Below are positions 7,882 to 18,265 of a stretch of DNA of 43,925 bases, in pieces. The DNA comes from a virus (lineage: Duplodnaviria > Caudoviricetes). The position numbers and the translations under genes were made by a program. Numbering within the stretch: the first letter of the stretch is position 1; every line of letters begins with the position of its first letter. The notes beneath the pieces were generated by a model. The model was not told the origin of the DNA. It saw only the letters and a program-made list of their open reading frames with translations, and made no database searches. The stretch is from IMG/VR virus record IMGVR_UViG_3300010222_000007, positions 1-43,925 of that record. One strand, 5' to 3'.

Positions 7882-8456
7882 TGTGCGGCCTCCCACGACA
7901 GCGCGCCCCGGACCGTCAGCGCGACCGTCGAGGACTTCGGTTCGGGACCGACCAGCGCGTGGTTCAACAGTTTACCCTCACCTTGGGTCCCAGCGGTACA
8001 CAGCCCCGCCTCACGTACCGCATCCATGTTGTTCGCTTCGGTGGCGTCGAGATAGACCACCGACCGGATCGTGGTGTCATCGGGTGAGGAGTCCGCGACC
8101 GGCGTGCGATAGCGCTCGTTGTTGAGGCTCCGATTCCGGTAGGCCGGCGCGGTCGCGTTGTCGTCGCCGACCGCGAGGTGGGCGGCCGTCTCCGTCGGGG
8201 CGGTCGTGGTAGCGAGATAGTCGGCGAGCAGCTCGTGCTGGCCCACGGTAGGGGTGTTCGTCGTCTCGGATACCGAGACCGGCTGGAACAGCGACAGCGC
8301 AGCGAGTCGGCGGGACTTCGGATGGTCGTCCCACCCCGGGATCGCGGCCCGGACCGCCTCGATGTCGTAGCGCCGGACGACGAAGCGCCCCCGCGAGCGG
8401 GTCGCCTCGGCGAACCCGACTGCCGCGTCCGTTTCGGTGGGATCGTCGGTGCTCAC
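7878..8456 (-). CDS. tail tip/baseplate-associated protein
   Basis: HLAVGDD...SLNNERYR...EAGL motif typical of fibre-attachment proteins; position; start refined to GTG 8456. Confidence 0.55.
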   Translation of the reverse strand: MSTDDPTETDAAVGFAEATRSRGRFVVRRYDIEAVRAAIPGWDDHPKSRRLAALSLFQPVSVSETTNTPTVGQHELLADYLATTTAPTETAAHLAVGDDNATAPAYRNRSLNNERYRTPVADSSPDDTTIRSVVYLDATEANNMDAVREAGLCTAGTQGEGKLLNHALVGPEPKSSTVALTVRGALSWEAAQ

Positions 8457-8458
8457 GA

Positions 8459-8689
8459 TCAGTTCCCTCCGGGAGGATTCCACTCGCTTACGTTCCACTG
8501 GCTGGCGTCCCACTGTGCGCTCCCGGCCGATGTCGCCTCGACGCCGAAGCTGTCGGTCGAGCGGGTCGTCTCCGAAAATTCGAGGAGCGGGTTCGGGACG
8601 GCCTCTTCAGTGTTTGCCCCCTCCAAACGAGAGACGCGGCCTTCAAGGCGGTCGAAAATCCGGGCGGCCTCTTCTTCGGGACTTGGCAT
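8459..8689 (-). CDS. small tail-associated hypothetical protein (WD..QWN..EW tail)
   Basis: acidic ORF in the tail operon. Confidence 0.6.
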   Translation of the reverse strand: MPSPEEEAARIFDRLEGRVSRLEGANTEEAVPNPLLEFSETTRSTDSFGVEATSAGSAQWDASQWNVSEWNPPGGN

Positions 8690-8813
8690 TGTCGTTCTTC
8701 CACCGCGGCGCTATACGGTGGTTTCTGATGCGCACGCGCGCGCGCTCGGAGAGCGATGGTTTTGATCGGCCGTGCGGGACCGAACGCGGTGTCCAATAGG
8801 CCCTTAGCACTGA

Positions 8814-9200
8814 TCAGCGAGGGTCGATGCTCCCGGGCGGCGACCCCCAGACGCCCGATTGGACCGACGGTGAAAAACCGCCGTCAAGACCGTAATCGAA
8901 GCCCGGGCATGGCTGATTCTCCGAGCCACCGTGTTCGCAGACATGGTATCCGATAACTCCCCAATTTGCGTAAGAGCGGCTGTATGCGACGAGATCAGCC
9001 AGCAGGACTTCCTTGCTGTTCGATCCCCAGTCGAAGCGCCAGTCCTCCCGGTAGTGGGCCGTGCCGTCCTCCAACGCCCGCTCCGTAGGGGCTTGATTGT
9101 CGGCCTCCGACCACGCTGTCATATTCGTGAGCCACGTCGACACCCATTGCTGGAGAGTGGCGTCCGGCGCTGTCGAGAATCGGATCATGTGGATGCTCAC
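8814..9200 (-). CDS. hypothetical Trp-rich protein downstream of the adhesin
   Basis: GTGA-coupled to the LamG gene. Confidence 0.6.
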   Translation of the reverse strand: MSIHMIRFSTAPDATLQQWVSTWLTNMTAWSEADNQAPTERALEDGTAHYREDWRFDWGSNSKEVLLADLVAYSRSYANWGVIGYHVCEHGGSENQPCPGFDYGLDGGFSPSVQSGVWGSPPGSIDPR

Positions 9201-9877
9201 GAGTCCAACACCGCCGAACTGCCCTGTGCCAGCGCAACGTTATCGAGACGGCAGTCGATATAGTACCTGTTCCTGCTTTTACCAAGAAACGTATCACTGC
9301 TGTTGGAGCCCGATGCGGACGTGCTCGCGGAGCGACGGTCGCCATTGATCTCGATGACGATCTGATTGTTTTTGTCCCACTTTATATATACGTCGTGCCA
9401 CGTATCGAGGCTCAGTGAGGAACCGTGACGGAACGAATCGTCGTAGAGTTCGACGAAGATCGATTGACCCCCATAGTCGAAGTAAGCGCTCCACGAATAT
9501 TGTTGGTCGAACACCGTCTGGAGTCCGTTCGACCGCGGATATATCCGAAATGCAGCTTCTTGGATGTTCTCGGAACCGTAGATACTGCCGAGATTCACCG
9601 AATCATCGGTGCCGTCGAACGACCCCGCGTAACCCCCGTTTTCGGTGTTCGTCGTCCATGTCATCCCCGACACACTGCCGTCGTTGCCGTTGCCCGTCCG
9701 ATCGACGAGCGTGCTCCCCGACCCGCTCTCGAAGTCGTAGGCGGCGGTCGCACCGTCGGGCGGGAAATCGGATGCAGTCCACACCACGTCGCCATCTGCC
9801 GTGACCTCTTGGACCTGCTCGCCGTCGATGGTGATTTCGCTTACGTCGTCGCCGCCGATGGATATTGGTGGAGTCAT
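9197..9877 (-). CDS. LamG/concanavalin-like adhesin (receptor-binding protein)
   Basis: AAYDFESGSGSTLVDRTGNGNDG...FDGTDD...TWHDV LamG motifs; N-terminal ITIDGEQVQEVTADGDVVW fibre-docking segment. Confidence 0.75.
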   Translation of the reverse strand: MTPPISIGGDDVSEITIDGEQVQEVTADGDVVWTASDFPPDGATAAYDFESGSGSTLVDRTGNGNDGSVSGMTWTTNTENGGYAGSFDGTDDSVNLGSIYGSENIQEAAFRIYPRSNGLQTVFDQQYSWSAYFDYGGQSIFVELYDDSFRHGSSLSLDTWHDVYIKWDKNNQIVIEINGDRRSASTSASGSNSSDTFLGKSRNRYYIDCRLDNVALAQGSSAVLDS

Positions 9878-9880
9878 CAG

Positions 9881-11329
9881 TTACGTTTTGAAGTTTATAA
9901 TCCCTGAACCGTCAGAGCCGTTCTTTTGGATGTCGTACCCGTCGATCTGGTCGATGTTGGCGCTGAGTTTGCTGCCGTGACTCTCGACGGCATCGACGAC
10001 CTCGCTATCCGATAGATTAGTGTCAGGTATATAATTATGGCTGGCTGTTGAGCCGTGGTCGCTGTCGTTGTTGATCGCCGTTTGGACTTCCTCGGTCGTG
10101 AGCTGAGTATCTGTGTCCGTCGCGCTCACATCGACGGTTACGCCGCCGGAGCCGTCGTCCGAGACGTATACCGATGCGTCGCCGGACTCCGTGACCGTCA
10201 TCACGTCGGGCTCGGAGACGACCACGCCGCCGCTATCCGCGACATCGATCCGCGTATCCGTTACATCTGAGGGCAGATCAACCCAGCTCACGTTCGAGCC
10301 GTCGGTTTGGGGTACCTGATCGGCCGTGCCGGCGTCGCCGGAGAGATCCGCAACGTCGCTGACCCCCTCTACGGAGGACCGGATGTCGGTATCGAGCACG
10401 GCGAGCGACCCGCCGTCGTCCGAGATGTTAGCCCCGAGCAGGTCGCTGAGAGTCGCCCCGCCACCGACGGATAGCTCCCCAATGCTGGCCGTTTGCGGGC
10501 TGATTGTTTCGCCACCGTGATCGTGACTTTGTGGTGAGTAATCCGTGGAGTGGTCGGTATTGTCGTGTGATTTTGGATTTTGCGGATCGGCGAGATCGCC
10601 TACCAATCCTCCCACACTCATCTCGTCCGAACCACCGCTTTCGAGGTCGGTGCTTACGGTCTTGGCGTGATGTTGGCCGGATAAAACGTTTGAGACGTTT
10701 GCGTGGTCGATATCCGACGACGTAGTTTTGGTATGGTGAGCTTCCGCAGTCCCGGCGTGTGTATCGAGCTCGCCCTGCGTTGCGGGGTCGAACCCGAGGT
10801 CTCCGGCTACAATGTTTGCTGGATGCTCCGCGATGAGATCCCACGAACCGTTGTCGAGATAGAAACCCTCACCGTCGGTCGTAAAGTACCATCCCTGCGA
10901 TCCGTCAGCAGTAGGTCGGCTGGAAAGAGTGTCGGTCTGAACGTCCGTGAGTCCATCAAACGATACGCTACCCCCACCCGTGATACCCGTTTCCGTACCA
11001 CCGTGCGGTCGTTTGTAGAGCGTATCGTCGTTTTCTTTGAAGTAGAGGGCGACGTTACCGGACCCGATCTCGGCGTCCGTTGGGGTATCCGCGAGCCGGC
11101 CGAGGTAGGTTTCGGTGACGGATAGCTCCTCAAACTCTCCCGCTGGCGGCGAATACGTCTTCCCGTCCGCGGAGATATGCTTCAGTAGAGTGTCGAGGTC
11201 GGCCCAATCGCTGTTTTTGTCGTCCCCCACCCGTCCTGGTTCGGGTCCGGCTGGTAGAACCCGTGATTCGGTGTCTCGCTCGGCATTTGCCGTTTCTCGG
11301 TGGCCGGGGGTGGTAGGTCTCCTTGCCAC
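9881..11329 (-). CDS. tail fibre protein
   Basis: Gly/Asp/Ser/Thr-rich; His-paired motifs; C-terminal YDIQKNGSDGSGIINFKT immediately before the adhesin gene. Confidence 0.7.
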   Translation of the reverse strand: MARRPTTPGHRETANAERDTESRVLPAGPEPGRVGDDKNSDWADLDTLLKHISADGKTYSPPAGEFEELSVTETYLGRLADTPTDAEIGSGNVALYFKENDDTLYKRPHGGTETGITGGGSVSFDGLTDVQTDTLSSRPTADGSQGWYFTTDGEGFYLDNGSWDLIAEHPANIVAGDLGFDPATQGELDTHAGTAEAHHTKTTSSDIDHANVSNVLSGQHHAKTVSTDLESGGSDEMSVGGLVGDLADPQNPKSHDNTDHSTDYSPQSHDHGGETISPQTASIGELSVGGGATLSDLLGANISDDGGSLAVLDTDIRSSVEGVSDVADLSGDAGTADQVPQTDGSNVSWVDLPSDVTDTRIDVADSGGVVVSEPDVMTVTESGDASVYVSDDGSGGVTVDVSATDTDTQLTTEEVQTAINNDSDHGSTASHNYIPDTNLSDSEVVDAVESHGSKLSANIDQIDGYDIQKNGSDGSGIINFKT

Positions 11330-11347
11330 GCCCGCGGGTCAGCGGCC

Positions 11348-12889
11348 TCAGCTCCCCCACGTCTCGCCCCAGGCCGCCCCCCAGCCGGTGAGGTCGGATG
11401 GGACGTCCTCGATGTCGGCGGCCGTCACATCGGTCCGGAGCAACCCACCCGAATAGGTGTCCTGCCGTTTCGTGACCATGAAGTCCCCCGCGAGACCGGC
11501 AGTCGGCTCGTCGATCCGGATAGCATCACCCGGTGTGAGTTGGTGGGCACGGAGCGACCGCGCGTCAAACCCAAAGGTGTTCGACAGGGTGTTCTCGTGG
11601 TCGAGTTGAGCGTTTAGTTCCTGACTAAGACGGTTCAGCGACGTTAGCGACGTGTCGGAGAGTTGGCGCTCGCGGCGGCGGTATTCGTCGATCGAGTCGG
11701 GGTCTTTCTTGCGACCGGAGATCGGAAACGGGTAGTACGCTCGATAGGTCGGCACCCCCGCGTTATTGATGCCGATGTCCTGACCGCTCCCGTCCCCGTC
11801 GATTGTCGCCTCGATGATGAGCCAGGGGTCGGGGTCGAGCACCTTGTTATCGGGCAGCGGAAACGTCGTCCATCCGTCGTGTTCGAGGATGCCGTTGTTG
11901 GTCCGGAAGGCTTCGTCAAGCGACGAATCGGTCGGGTCAAGCGGCGCGCCGCCGTCGTCCTTCTGGATGCGGACGCGGATGTCGTCGCCGGAGTTGGTGC
12001 GCGTGGGGTCGGTCCAGATCTCGATTCCCGAGATCTCCGATTTCGGGACGTCGAGTTGGCGAGTGATGCGCGAGTCGTCGGTGACGTTTGCCCACCCGGT
12101 CTGGGTCTCTTGTTTGTCCTGCGTGCCCTGGGATGTCGGGCCGTCGATCCGGATCGCATTGGCGAGCTCGCCGTCGTCGGTCTCGGCCTCAAACGTGCCG
12201 TAGTCGCCCGCTTCGAGACTCCACGAGGGGGACACGCCCGGCAGCGGCTCGATGACGAGCGAGCGGGCGTCGGTCGAGACGGTGCTGTCGAGGATGTTCG
12301 CGAGCCCTCGGACGACCTTCAACATCTTTGCCGCGTTGAAGATCTGTGTGGTCTCGCGGCCGTCGGCGGTGATCCGGTCGCGGGCAATCTCGGGGCATTT
12401 CTCGGCGAGTGCCGATTCGAGCACCGACGATTCGGTTCCGGCGACGCGGCGGTTCTTATAGCCCGCTTCGAGGTAACGCCAGCCGAGGATGCCCCCGACG
12501 AACTCCTCGCATTTGAACGAGAACGTGGATTCGCCGGCCCCATCGCCCGATACTTTCGGGTTCCGAACCACACCCCGAAAGCGCTCGCTCCACGTCCCGG
12601 GGTTGTCGGCGAACTCCACACTGAAGACTACTTCGTCGCCGCTCGTGATCTCGCTCGCCCCGCGTGAGTAGCGCCCCGCACGGTTGGCGAGGGCAAAGGA
12701 AGCCTGATCTTTGAGCGCGCCGAGCGAGCGGGGGACCGACGCCTTGTCGATCAGGTGGGCGGTGTCGGTCGCCGGCCCCACTTGGATGTCCGGCGTGCGG
12801 TCGGCCTCGGGGTTCGCCGGATCGTCGGGTTCGTTGTCGGGTTTGTAGATGTCGAGTTTGACCTGACCGGGAACGATGGTTCGAGTCAC
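11348..12889 (-). CDS. tail tip/baseplate hub-like protein
   Basis: directly follows the tape measure; start refined to GTG 12889; C-terminal PGDAIRID...FMVT motif. Confidence 0.65.
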   Translation of the reverse strand: MTRTIVPGQVKLDIYKPDNEPDDPANPEADRTPDIQVGPATDTAHLIDKASVPRSLGALKDQASFALANRAGRYSRGASEITSGDEVVFSVEFADNPGTWSERFRGVVRNPKVSGDGAGESTFSFKCEEFVGGILGWRYLEAGYKNRRVAGTESSVLESALAEKCPEIARDRITADGRETTQIFNAAKMLKVVRGLANILDSTVSTDARSLVIEPLPGVSPSWSLEAGDYGTFEAETDDGELANAIRIDGPTSQGTQDKQETQTGWANVTDDSRITRQLDVPKSEISGIEIWTDPTRTNSGDDIRVRIQKDDGGAPLDPTDSSLDEAFRTNNGILEHDGWTTFPLPDNKVLDPDPWLIIEATIDGDGSGQDIGINNAGVPTYRAYYPFPISGRKKDPDSIDEYRRRERQLSDTSLTSLNRLSQELNAQLDHENTLSNTFGFDARSLRAHQLTPGDAIRIDEPTAGLAGDFMVTKRQDTYSGGLLRTDVTAADIEDVPSDLTGWGAAWGETWGS

Positions 12890-12890
12890 G

Positions 12891-15800
12891 CTATCGCTCC
12901 GCCCCCCGGCTGTGGAGCTCGTCGACGAAGCCCTCGCCGAAGCGTTTGCCGTCCTCGCGGGTCGCGCTCCCCGAGACCTCGATCGTGATCGGGCCGATGT
13001 CGTTGATCGTGTCGCCCTCGCGAACGCTCGTGGCACCCCCCGCCCCGGCGAGGGGGTGCGTGACCTGCGTTGGGGCTATGCCGCGGCGGTCGGGCATCGG
13101 CGGCCGGGCAGCGGCGGCGGCCTTCCGCGCAGCGCTCGCCAGCTCCGACGTGTTCGCCACGATCCCGCCGGCAAATTCGTGGACGAGTGCGGGGCCAGTC
13201 TTGCCGAGATCTTGGAGTGGCCCCTCCTCCGCGGGGCTGAACGGAAGATACTCCCGAGCCTTCCCCACGGCGTCGCTCACTGCATCCTTTACCGCACCGG
13301 CCTTGTTCTCGATCCCGCTCACGATCGTGTCGATCAGCGCCTCCCCCGACGAGAGGATGTCCGAGAGCGGCCCCTGATCGGCATTCGACCCAGGCAAGAA
13401 GCTCCGCACCTTGTCCATCGCGTTCTCAATGGCGTTCTTCGGGGCGTTGATGACGTTCTTTACGCCGTCTACGAAGGTATTGATCAACCCCTCTCCGGCG
13501 GACTTCAAGCCACTAAGCGGGCCTTTCTTCCCGGTCAGGTAATCCATCACGGTGCCCGCGAGATCCTGGACCTTCCCGATCGCGTCGTCTTTCAGCGTGG
13601 TGAACTTGTCGACGACCTTGTTCTTCAGCTTGTTCGCCTTCGTGATGGCCGTATTCTTCAGGCGGTTGAGCTTGTCGACGATCGTCGACGCGAGCGTCTG
13701 GACTGCTCCGATGGACTTCTCTTTGAGCGTGCTCGCAGCCCCGGTGACCTTGTTCTTCAGCGTGTTCCAGGCACCCTTGGCCGTGTTCTTCATCCCGCTC
13801 CAGACCCCCGAGAGCGTGCTCGCGAGGCCCGAAATCGTGTCGCTGATGAACTTCTTGATCCCTGACCAGATCCGCTCGCCGAACTCCTTGATCGTGTTCA
13901 GCGCCGACTTCCAGTCACCGCGGAGCAGCTGAAGCCCGGTGACGACGGCGGTCGTGATCGTGTCGATCGACGCGCCGATGACACCCTTGATCGCGCCCCA
14001 AACCGTCTCGGCGATGCCACGGATCAGGCGGAACGCCGTCCGCGTAGCACCCTTGATCGTCTGCCACGCACCGCGGACGATCGGCTTCAGCGCGGTGACG
14101 ACACCGCTGACGACCGACTTGATGACGTTCCAGGCGGTGCGAACGATCGGTAGGAGTGCGTTCAGAACCGTCCTGACGGTGCGCTTGATAGTGTTGAACG
14201 CAGTGCGGACGATCGGGACGACCACCGAGATCGCCGTCTGGATGGCGCGCTTCAGGCCGTTCCAGGCCTTCCGGGCGATGCCCGCGAGTGTACCGAGGAC
14301 ACGCCGAACGCCGTTGATGGCGGTCCGGATCGGCGGGACGATGTTCGTTTTCGCCCAGTTGATGACGCCGCGAATCGCCTCCTTCCAAGCGTTCCACGTC
14401 TTCCGCGCCTCGGGCGCGATCCGGCCCCACACGCGGCTGATCGTGTTCTTGACGCCCCGAACGATCGGCCCGACTGTCCGCTTGATCGTGTTCAGCGCTG
14501 ACGTGATCGCCTGCTTCGCGCCGCCGAACACGCGCGAGGCGATTCCCATCAGCGTGGTCAGGCCGTTCCAGACTCGCTTGACTGTGGAGATCCCGGTTTT
14601 AACCAGCCGCTTGACCAGCGGCATCGAGGCCTGCGCCTCCTTCCGAGCGCCGCCAAACAGATCCTTCGCGACGGGGATCAGCGGCTTCAGGAAGCCCCAG
14701 ACGCGCTGGACTGTGGAGATCGCCCCCTTCACGAGACGCTTCACCACAGGCATCGCCGACTGGACCGCCCGCTTCGCGCCGTTGAAGAGGTCCTTCGCGA
14801 TCGGGATTAGCGGCTTCAGTTGGTTCTTCCAGATCCTCGAGGCCGCCGAGATCGAGCCCTTGATCAGCCGCTTGACCAGCGGGAGGTTCTTCCTGACGAC
14901 GCGCAACACGCCGTTGATGACGTTCAGCGTGAGACCGAGCAGCGGATCGAAAACGTTCTTCCAGATCGAGAGAATGCCGTTCGTCGCGGTCCGGATGGTC
15001 TTCTTGATCAGCGGGAGGTTTCGGTTGACGACGCTCAGGACCTTCCCTAGGACCCGCGTGATCGTGAGCAGGATGCCGCCGAAGACGGTCTTCGCGACCG
15101 GCAGCAGCGGCTTGATGACGTTCTTCCAGATCGACAGAACAGTCAGCAGCGAGTTCTGGACCACCCGCTTCATCGCGGGGATGTGCTTCTTGACCGTGCT
15201 CGCGACGGTCGAGAATATCCGCCTCGCGGAGTTCACGAGCGGCTTCAGCACGAAGTTCCAGATCCGCCGGACGGCGTAGAGGCCGGTCTGGACCGTCGAC
15301 CTGATCTTCGGCATCGCCGTCTGGACCGCCCGCTTCGCGCCGTTGAACGCCTGCATCGCGAGGTTGCGGATCCCGAGCAGGTTGTTCTTGAACGCGAGCC
15401 CGAGCTTCGCGATCGTCGCGATGGCCGCCGTGACCGGTCCGCCCATCAGCGCCGCGAGCGAGAGGCCGATCTTCGCGAAGCCGCCCGCTGTGAGTCGCCC
15501 CTTCTGGTTGAGGAATCCGAGCTTCTTCGCAAAGCGCTGGATCGGCGTGATGATCGTGTTGACCGCCGACAGTACGGCTCCCTTGTGCTTGTTCCAGAGT
15601 CCAGTGAGGGAGCCGAGGGCACGCTGACCGGTCCGCCGGAGTCGGCCGAGTACCCCGCCAATCGCGCGTTTTGCTCCTTGGTAGGCCGACCGGGCCTTGC
15701 CCATGATCCTCGGCTTGTGGGTATCCCACGCCGATTCCGCGAGACCGAGGCCGCGGGTGACTGCTGTCCGGACCTTCTGGATGGCGACGCGGACGGCGGT

Positions 15801-17891
15801 TCGAGCGCGATTGTAGGCGTTGCGTGCCTTCGTCCGGACCGTGCCGGCGTGCTGGTTCCACAGCGCCTCGGCGCGGGCGAGCCCCGACCGCACCTTCGCA
15901 GTGATCTTCGAGAGCGAGCGCTGGACTCTCGCGGGGAGGAATCCGAACAGCACCGACCACACGTTCCGGGCGGTCGTGGCGAACCGACGAAGCCGGCCGA
16001 CGACAGCACCGGTCAGCCGCGAGACCGCGCCGCGGATCAGTGGGACTCCCGACGAGACGGCGCTGCGCCACCCGCCCACAGCCTCCTTGAACTTCGAGCG
16101 GGACTGCGATCCGAACCCCGTCAGCGCCATCAGCAGCGACGAGAGGCCTTGCGAGAGTGCAAGGTTCACCCCCCGGAGCGTCGAGCGCGTGCTGTCCGGG
16201 AGCTTTCCGAACGCGATCTCCCACGCACGGATGAGGGTCGCACCGAACGATTTGATGACCGACTCAATCCCGCGGATGCCCGCGAGCACCGCCTGCCGGC
16301 CTTGGGTCATGACCTTCGAGAACGCGACCCGAAACGCCGATGCGTCGCCGCGGACCAGCGCCCGAAGCCCCGCGAGACCGGAGCGGAGGAACTGCCGGAT
16401 GCGGGCCATCGCGGGCGCGAATGCCCCCGAGATGTCCATGTACTGCGACCACGCCTGCCGGAATCCCGACGCCCCCTGGCGGACGGTGGCTTGCGCCCGT
16501 CCGACGAACGACTGGATCCGGGAGGTGACCGATGTGGCGACCGACTGCGTGGTCGTTTGGATCCCGCCGAGGTTGTTCTCCCACGCATACCCGAAGGCCG
16601 TGACCGCCGCCATCGTGGCCCCGAGCGGCGCGGCGAGCGCCCCCACGGCGGTGCCGACCGAGGCGACGGCTGCCGCCGCACCTGTCCCGGCGAGGCCGTA
16701 GAACGCCGCTGCGAGGCCAGTGATGAGCCCCGAGATCAGCGTGATCGCACCGGCCATCCCACCCGTCTCGGTATTCAACTTCGAGAAGAGGGAGATCGCC
16801 GAGTTCACCCCCTTCAACATTCGAGTGAGCGCCGGCAAGAACACCTGCCCCGTCGAAATCGCGAGGTTCCGCAGCTCGTTCACCGTGATCTTGGCAGTGT
16901 TCTTGAGCGTTCCCATCGCGGACTCAAACTCTTCGGCGAGCGACCCGCCCTCGGCGAACTGCTTTTGTGAGGTCTCAAGGCCCTTGTTCAGCGATCCGAG
17001 ATTGTTCGAGAGGCCTGCGAGGGCCTGTCGACTCGTCGTCGAGAGCGTCGAACGGAGCGCATCGGCAGCCTGCCCGCCCTCACCCATCCGCTTCGCCATC
17101 AGCTTAATGAGCTTCGTCGGGTCGTTCGACCGCATGTTTTTGAACTCGCTCGCGGTCATCCCGAGCGCCGACGAGAGGTCGCCGACTTTCTTCGGCGACA
17201 TCATTTCTTGGGACATCCGTCGGAGCTGGGTGCCGGCCACACGGGCGGACGGCGAGACCTCGTTCATCGCCGCGTTCAGCGCGAGAATATCCGAACTGGA
17301 CGCTCCCATATTGGTGAGCGCCCCCGACGAACGCGTGGCGGCGTCCGTGATCTCCGAGGAGGAGGTAGCCATCGAGTTCGAGAGCGCGTTCGTCGCGTCG
17401 CCGATCTTCCGGACGTTCTCGATCGGCTCCTGCATCAGCGTCGACATCCGAGCGAACGAGTCGGCCGCCTGTTCGGCACTCAGGTCGGTCGCCGTCGCCA
17501 TCTCACCTGTGACTCTGGTGAAATTTTTGATGTTGTCCGTGCCCTCGATTCCGAGGCGACCCGCCTGCTCGGAAATCCCAGCAAGCTCCGACTGGGCCAG
17601 GGGCATCTTCGAGGCCATCCCCTGGATCGCATCGCCCATTTTTCTCGCGGTTTCGGGGTTGGTAACTTTCTCCAACTCCACGAGTTGCTGCTCGAAGTCC
17701 GCGGCTGCCGAGACCGCGGCCGCGAGCCCTCCCGCCGACACCGCAGCGAGCGCAGCCCCCGCCGCGCCGACCTTCGCCGACATCGAGGACGCCGCATCGC
17801 CGATTGAGGTGATCGAGGACGCCGCGTCGTCCGCGCCGCTCGTCGAAACCTGCACCTCGACGTTTTGGCTTGCCCCCGGCGTCGCGACCAT
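12891..17891 (-). CDS. tail tape measure protein (1666 aa)
   Basis: AADFEQQL...TP901-type core; Trp-periodic amphipathic repeats; two PxSxAxxGPL motifs; follows the chaperone genes. Confidence 0.93.
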   Translation of the reverse strand: MVATPGASQNVEVQVSTSGADDAASSITSIGDAASSMSAKVGAAGAALAAVSAGGLAAAVSAAADFEQQLVELEKVTNPETARKMGDAIQGMASKMPLAQSELAGISEQAGRLGIEGTDNIKNFTRVTGEMATATDLSAEQAADSFARMSTLMQEPIENVRKIGDATNALSNSMATSSSEITDAATRSSGALTNMGASSSDILALNAAMNEVSPSARVAGTQLRRMSQEMMSPKKVGDLSSALGMTASEFKNMRSNDPTKLIKLMAKRMGEGGQAADALRSTLSTTSRQALAGLSNNLGSLNKGLETSQKQFAEGGSLAEEFESAMGTLKNTAKITVNELRNLAISTGQVFLPALTRMLKGVNSAISLFSKLNTETGGMAGAITLISGLITGLAAAFYGLAGTGAAAAVASVGTAVGALAAPLGATMAAVTAFGYAWENNLGGIQTTTQSVATSVTSRIQSFVGRAQATVRQGASGFRQAWSQYMDISGAFAPAMARIRQFLRSGLAGLRALVRGDASAFRVAFSKVMTQGRQAVLAGIRGIESVIKSFGATLIRAWEIAFGKLPDSTRSTLRGVNLALSQGLSSLLMALTGFGSQSRSKFKEAVGGWRSAVSSGVPLIRGAVSRLTGAVVGRLRRFATTARNVWSVLFGFLPARVQRSLSKITAKVRSGLARAEALWNQHAGTVRTKARNAYNRARTAVRVAIQKVRTAVTRGLGLAESAWDTHKPRIMGKARSAYQGAKRAIGGVLGRLRRTGQRALGSLTGLWNKHKGAVLSAVNTIITPIQRFAKKLGFLNQKGRLTAGGFAKIGLSLAALMGGPVTAAIATIAKLGLAFKNNLLGIRNLAMQAFNGAKRAVQTAMPKIRSTVQTGLYAVRRIWNFVLKPLVNSARRIFSTVASTVKKHIPAMKRVVQNSLLTVLSIWKNVIKPLLPVAKTVFGGILLTITRVLGKVLSVVNRNLPLIKKTIRTATNGILSIWKNVFDPLLGLTLNVINGVLRVVRKNLPLVKRLIKGSISAASRIWKNQLKPLIPIAKDLFNGAKRAVQSAMPVVKRLVKGAISTVQRVWGFLKPLIPVAKDLFGGARKEAQASMPLVKRLVKTGISTVKRVWNGLTTLMGIASRVFGGAKQAITSALNTIKRTVGPIVRGVKNTISRVWGRIAPEARKTWNAWKEAIRGVINWAKTNIVPPIRTAINGVRRVLGTLAGIARKAWNGLKRAIQTAISVVVPIVRTAFNTIKRTVRTVLNALLPIVRTAWNVIKSVVSGVVTALKPIVRGAWQTIKGATRTAFRLIRGIAETVWGAIKGVIGASIDTITTAVVTGLQLLRGDWKSALNTIKEFGERIWSGIKKFISDTISGLASTLSGVWSGMKNTAKGAWNTLKNKVTGAASTLKEKSIGAVQTLASTIVDKLNRLKNTAITKANKLKNKVVDKFTTLKDDAIGKVQDLAGTVMDYLTGKKGPLSGLKSAGEGLINTFVDGVKNVINAPKNAIENAMDKVRSFLPGSNADQGPLSDILSSGEALIDTIVSGIENKAGAVKDAVSDAVGKAREYLPFSPAEEGPLQDLGKTGPALVHEFAGGIVANTSELASAARKAAAAARPPMPDRRGIAPTQVTHPLAGAGGATSVREGDTINDIGPITIEVSGSATREDGKRFGEGFVDELHSRGAER

Positions 17892-17998
17892 TCGTTGCCG
17901 GAAAATCCGCCAAGGCGGCGCTAACCGCTGGTTGCGCCGCGCGTCCGGGCGTGTGAACCGCCGTTAGGATTTATGTCGGGACAGCCCCACGACATGAT

Positions 17999-18265
17999 AT
18001 GGCGTATGAATGTCGGCAGTGTGGTGACAAGGCGAAGATCGTCGCGGAGAAGTGCCCCTCCTGTGGCTACCGTGGCGAGGACGACCGAACCGACGCACGC
18101 CAAACCGGGCGTGGGTTCCTAGCGCTTTCGCTGCTCGTGATCCCGGCCCCGATCACGCTGCCGCTCGGAATTGCGTTCTATCTCGGCTCGTTTTTGAAAC
18201 CGAAGGAAGGAGAAGCGCCATTCGAGGGGATGACACGGGAGGAGTGGCGGTCGCAGAAGGACTAA
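17999..18265 (+). CDS. zinc-ribbon membrane protein (moron-like)
   Basis: CxxC..CPxCG plus hydrophobic hairpin; own TATA (TTTATG ~17970); opposite strand to the tail operon. Confidence 0.7.
   Translation: MAYECRQCGDKAKIVAEKCPSCGYRGEDDRTDARQTGRGFLALSLLVIPAPITLPLGIAFYLGSFLKPKEGEAPFEGMTREEWRSQKD

Noticed and set aside
12876-17967. Long plus-strand ORFs (329-595 aa) opposite the tape measure gene, and similar ORFs opposite other genes
   Set aside because: Antisense shadows of GC-rich codon usage; Arg/Pro-rich, with no motifs or start signals.
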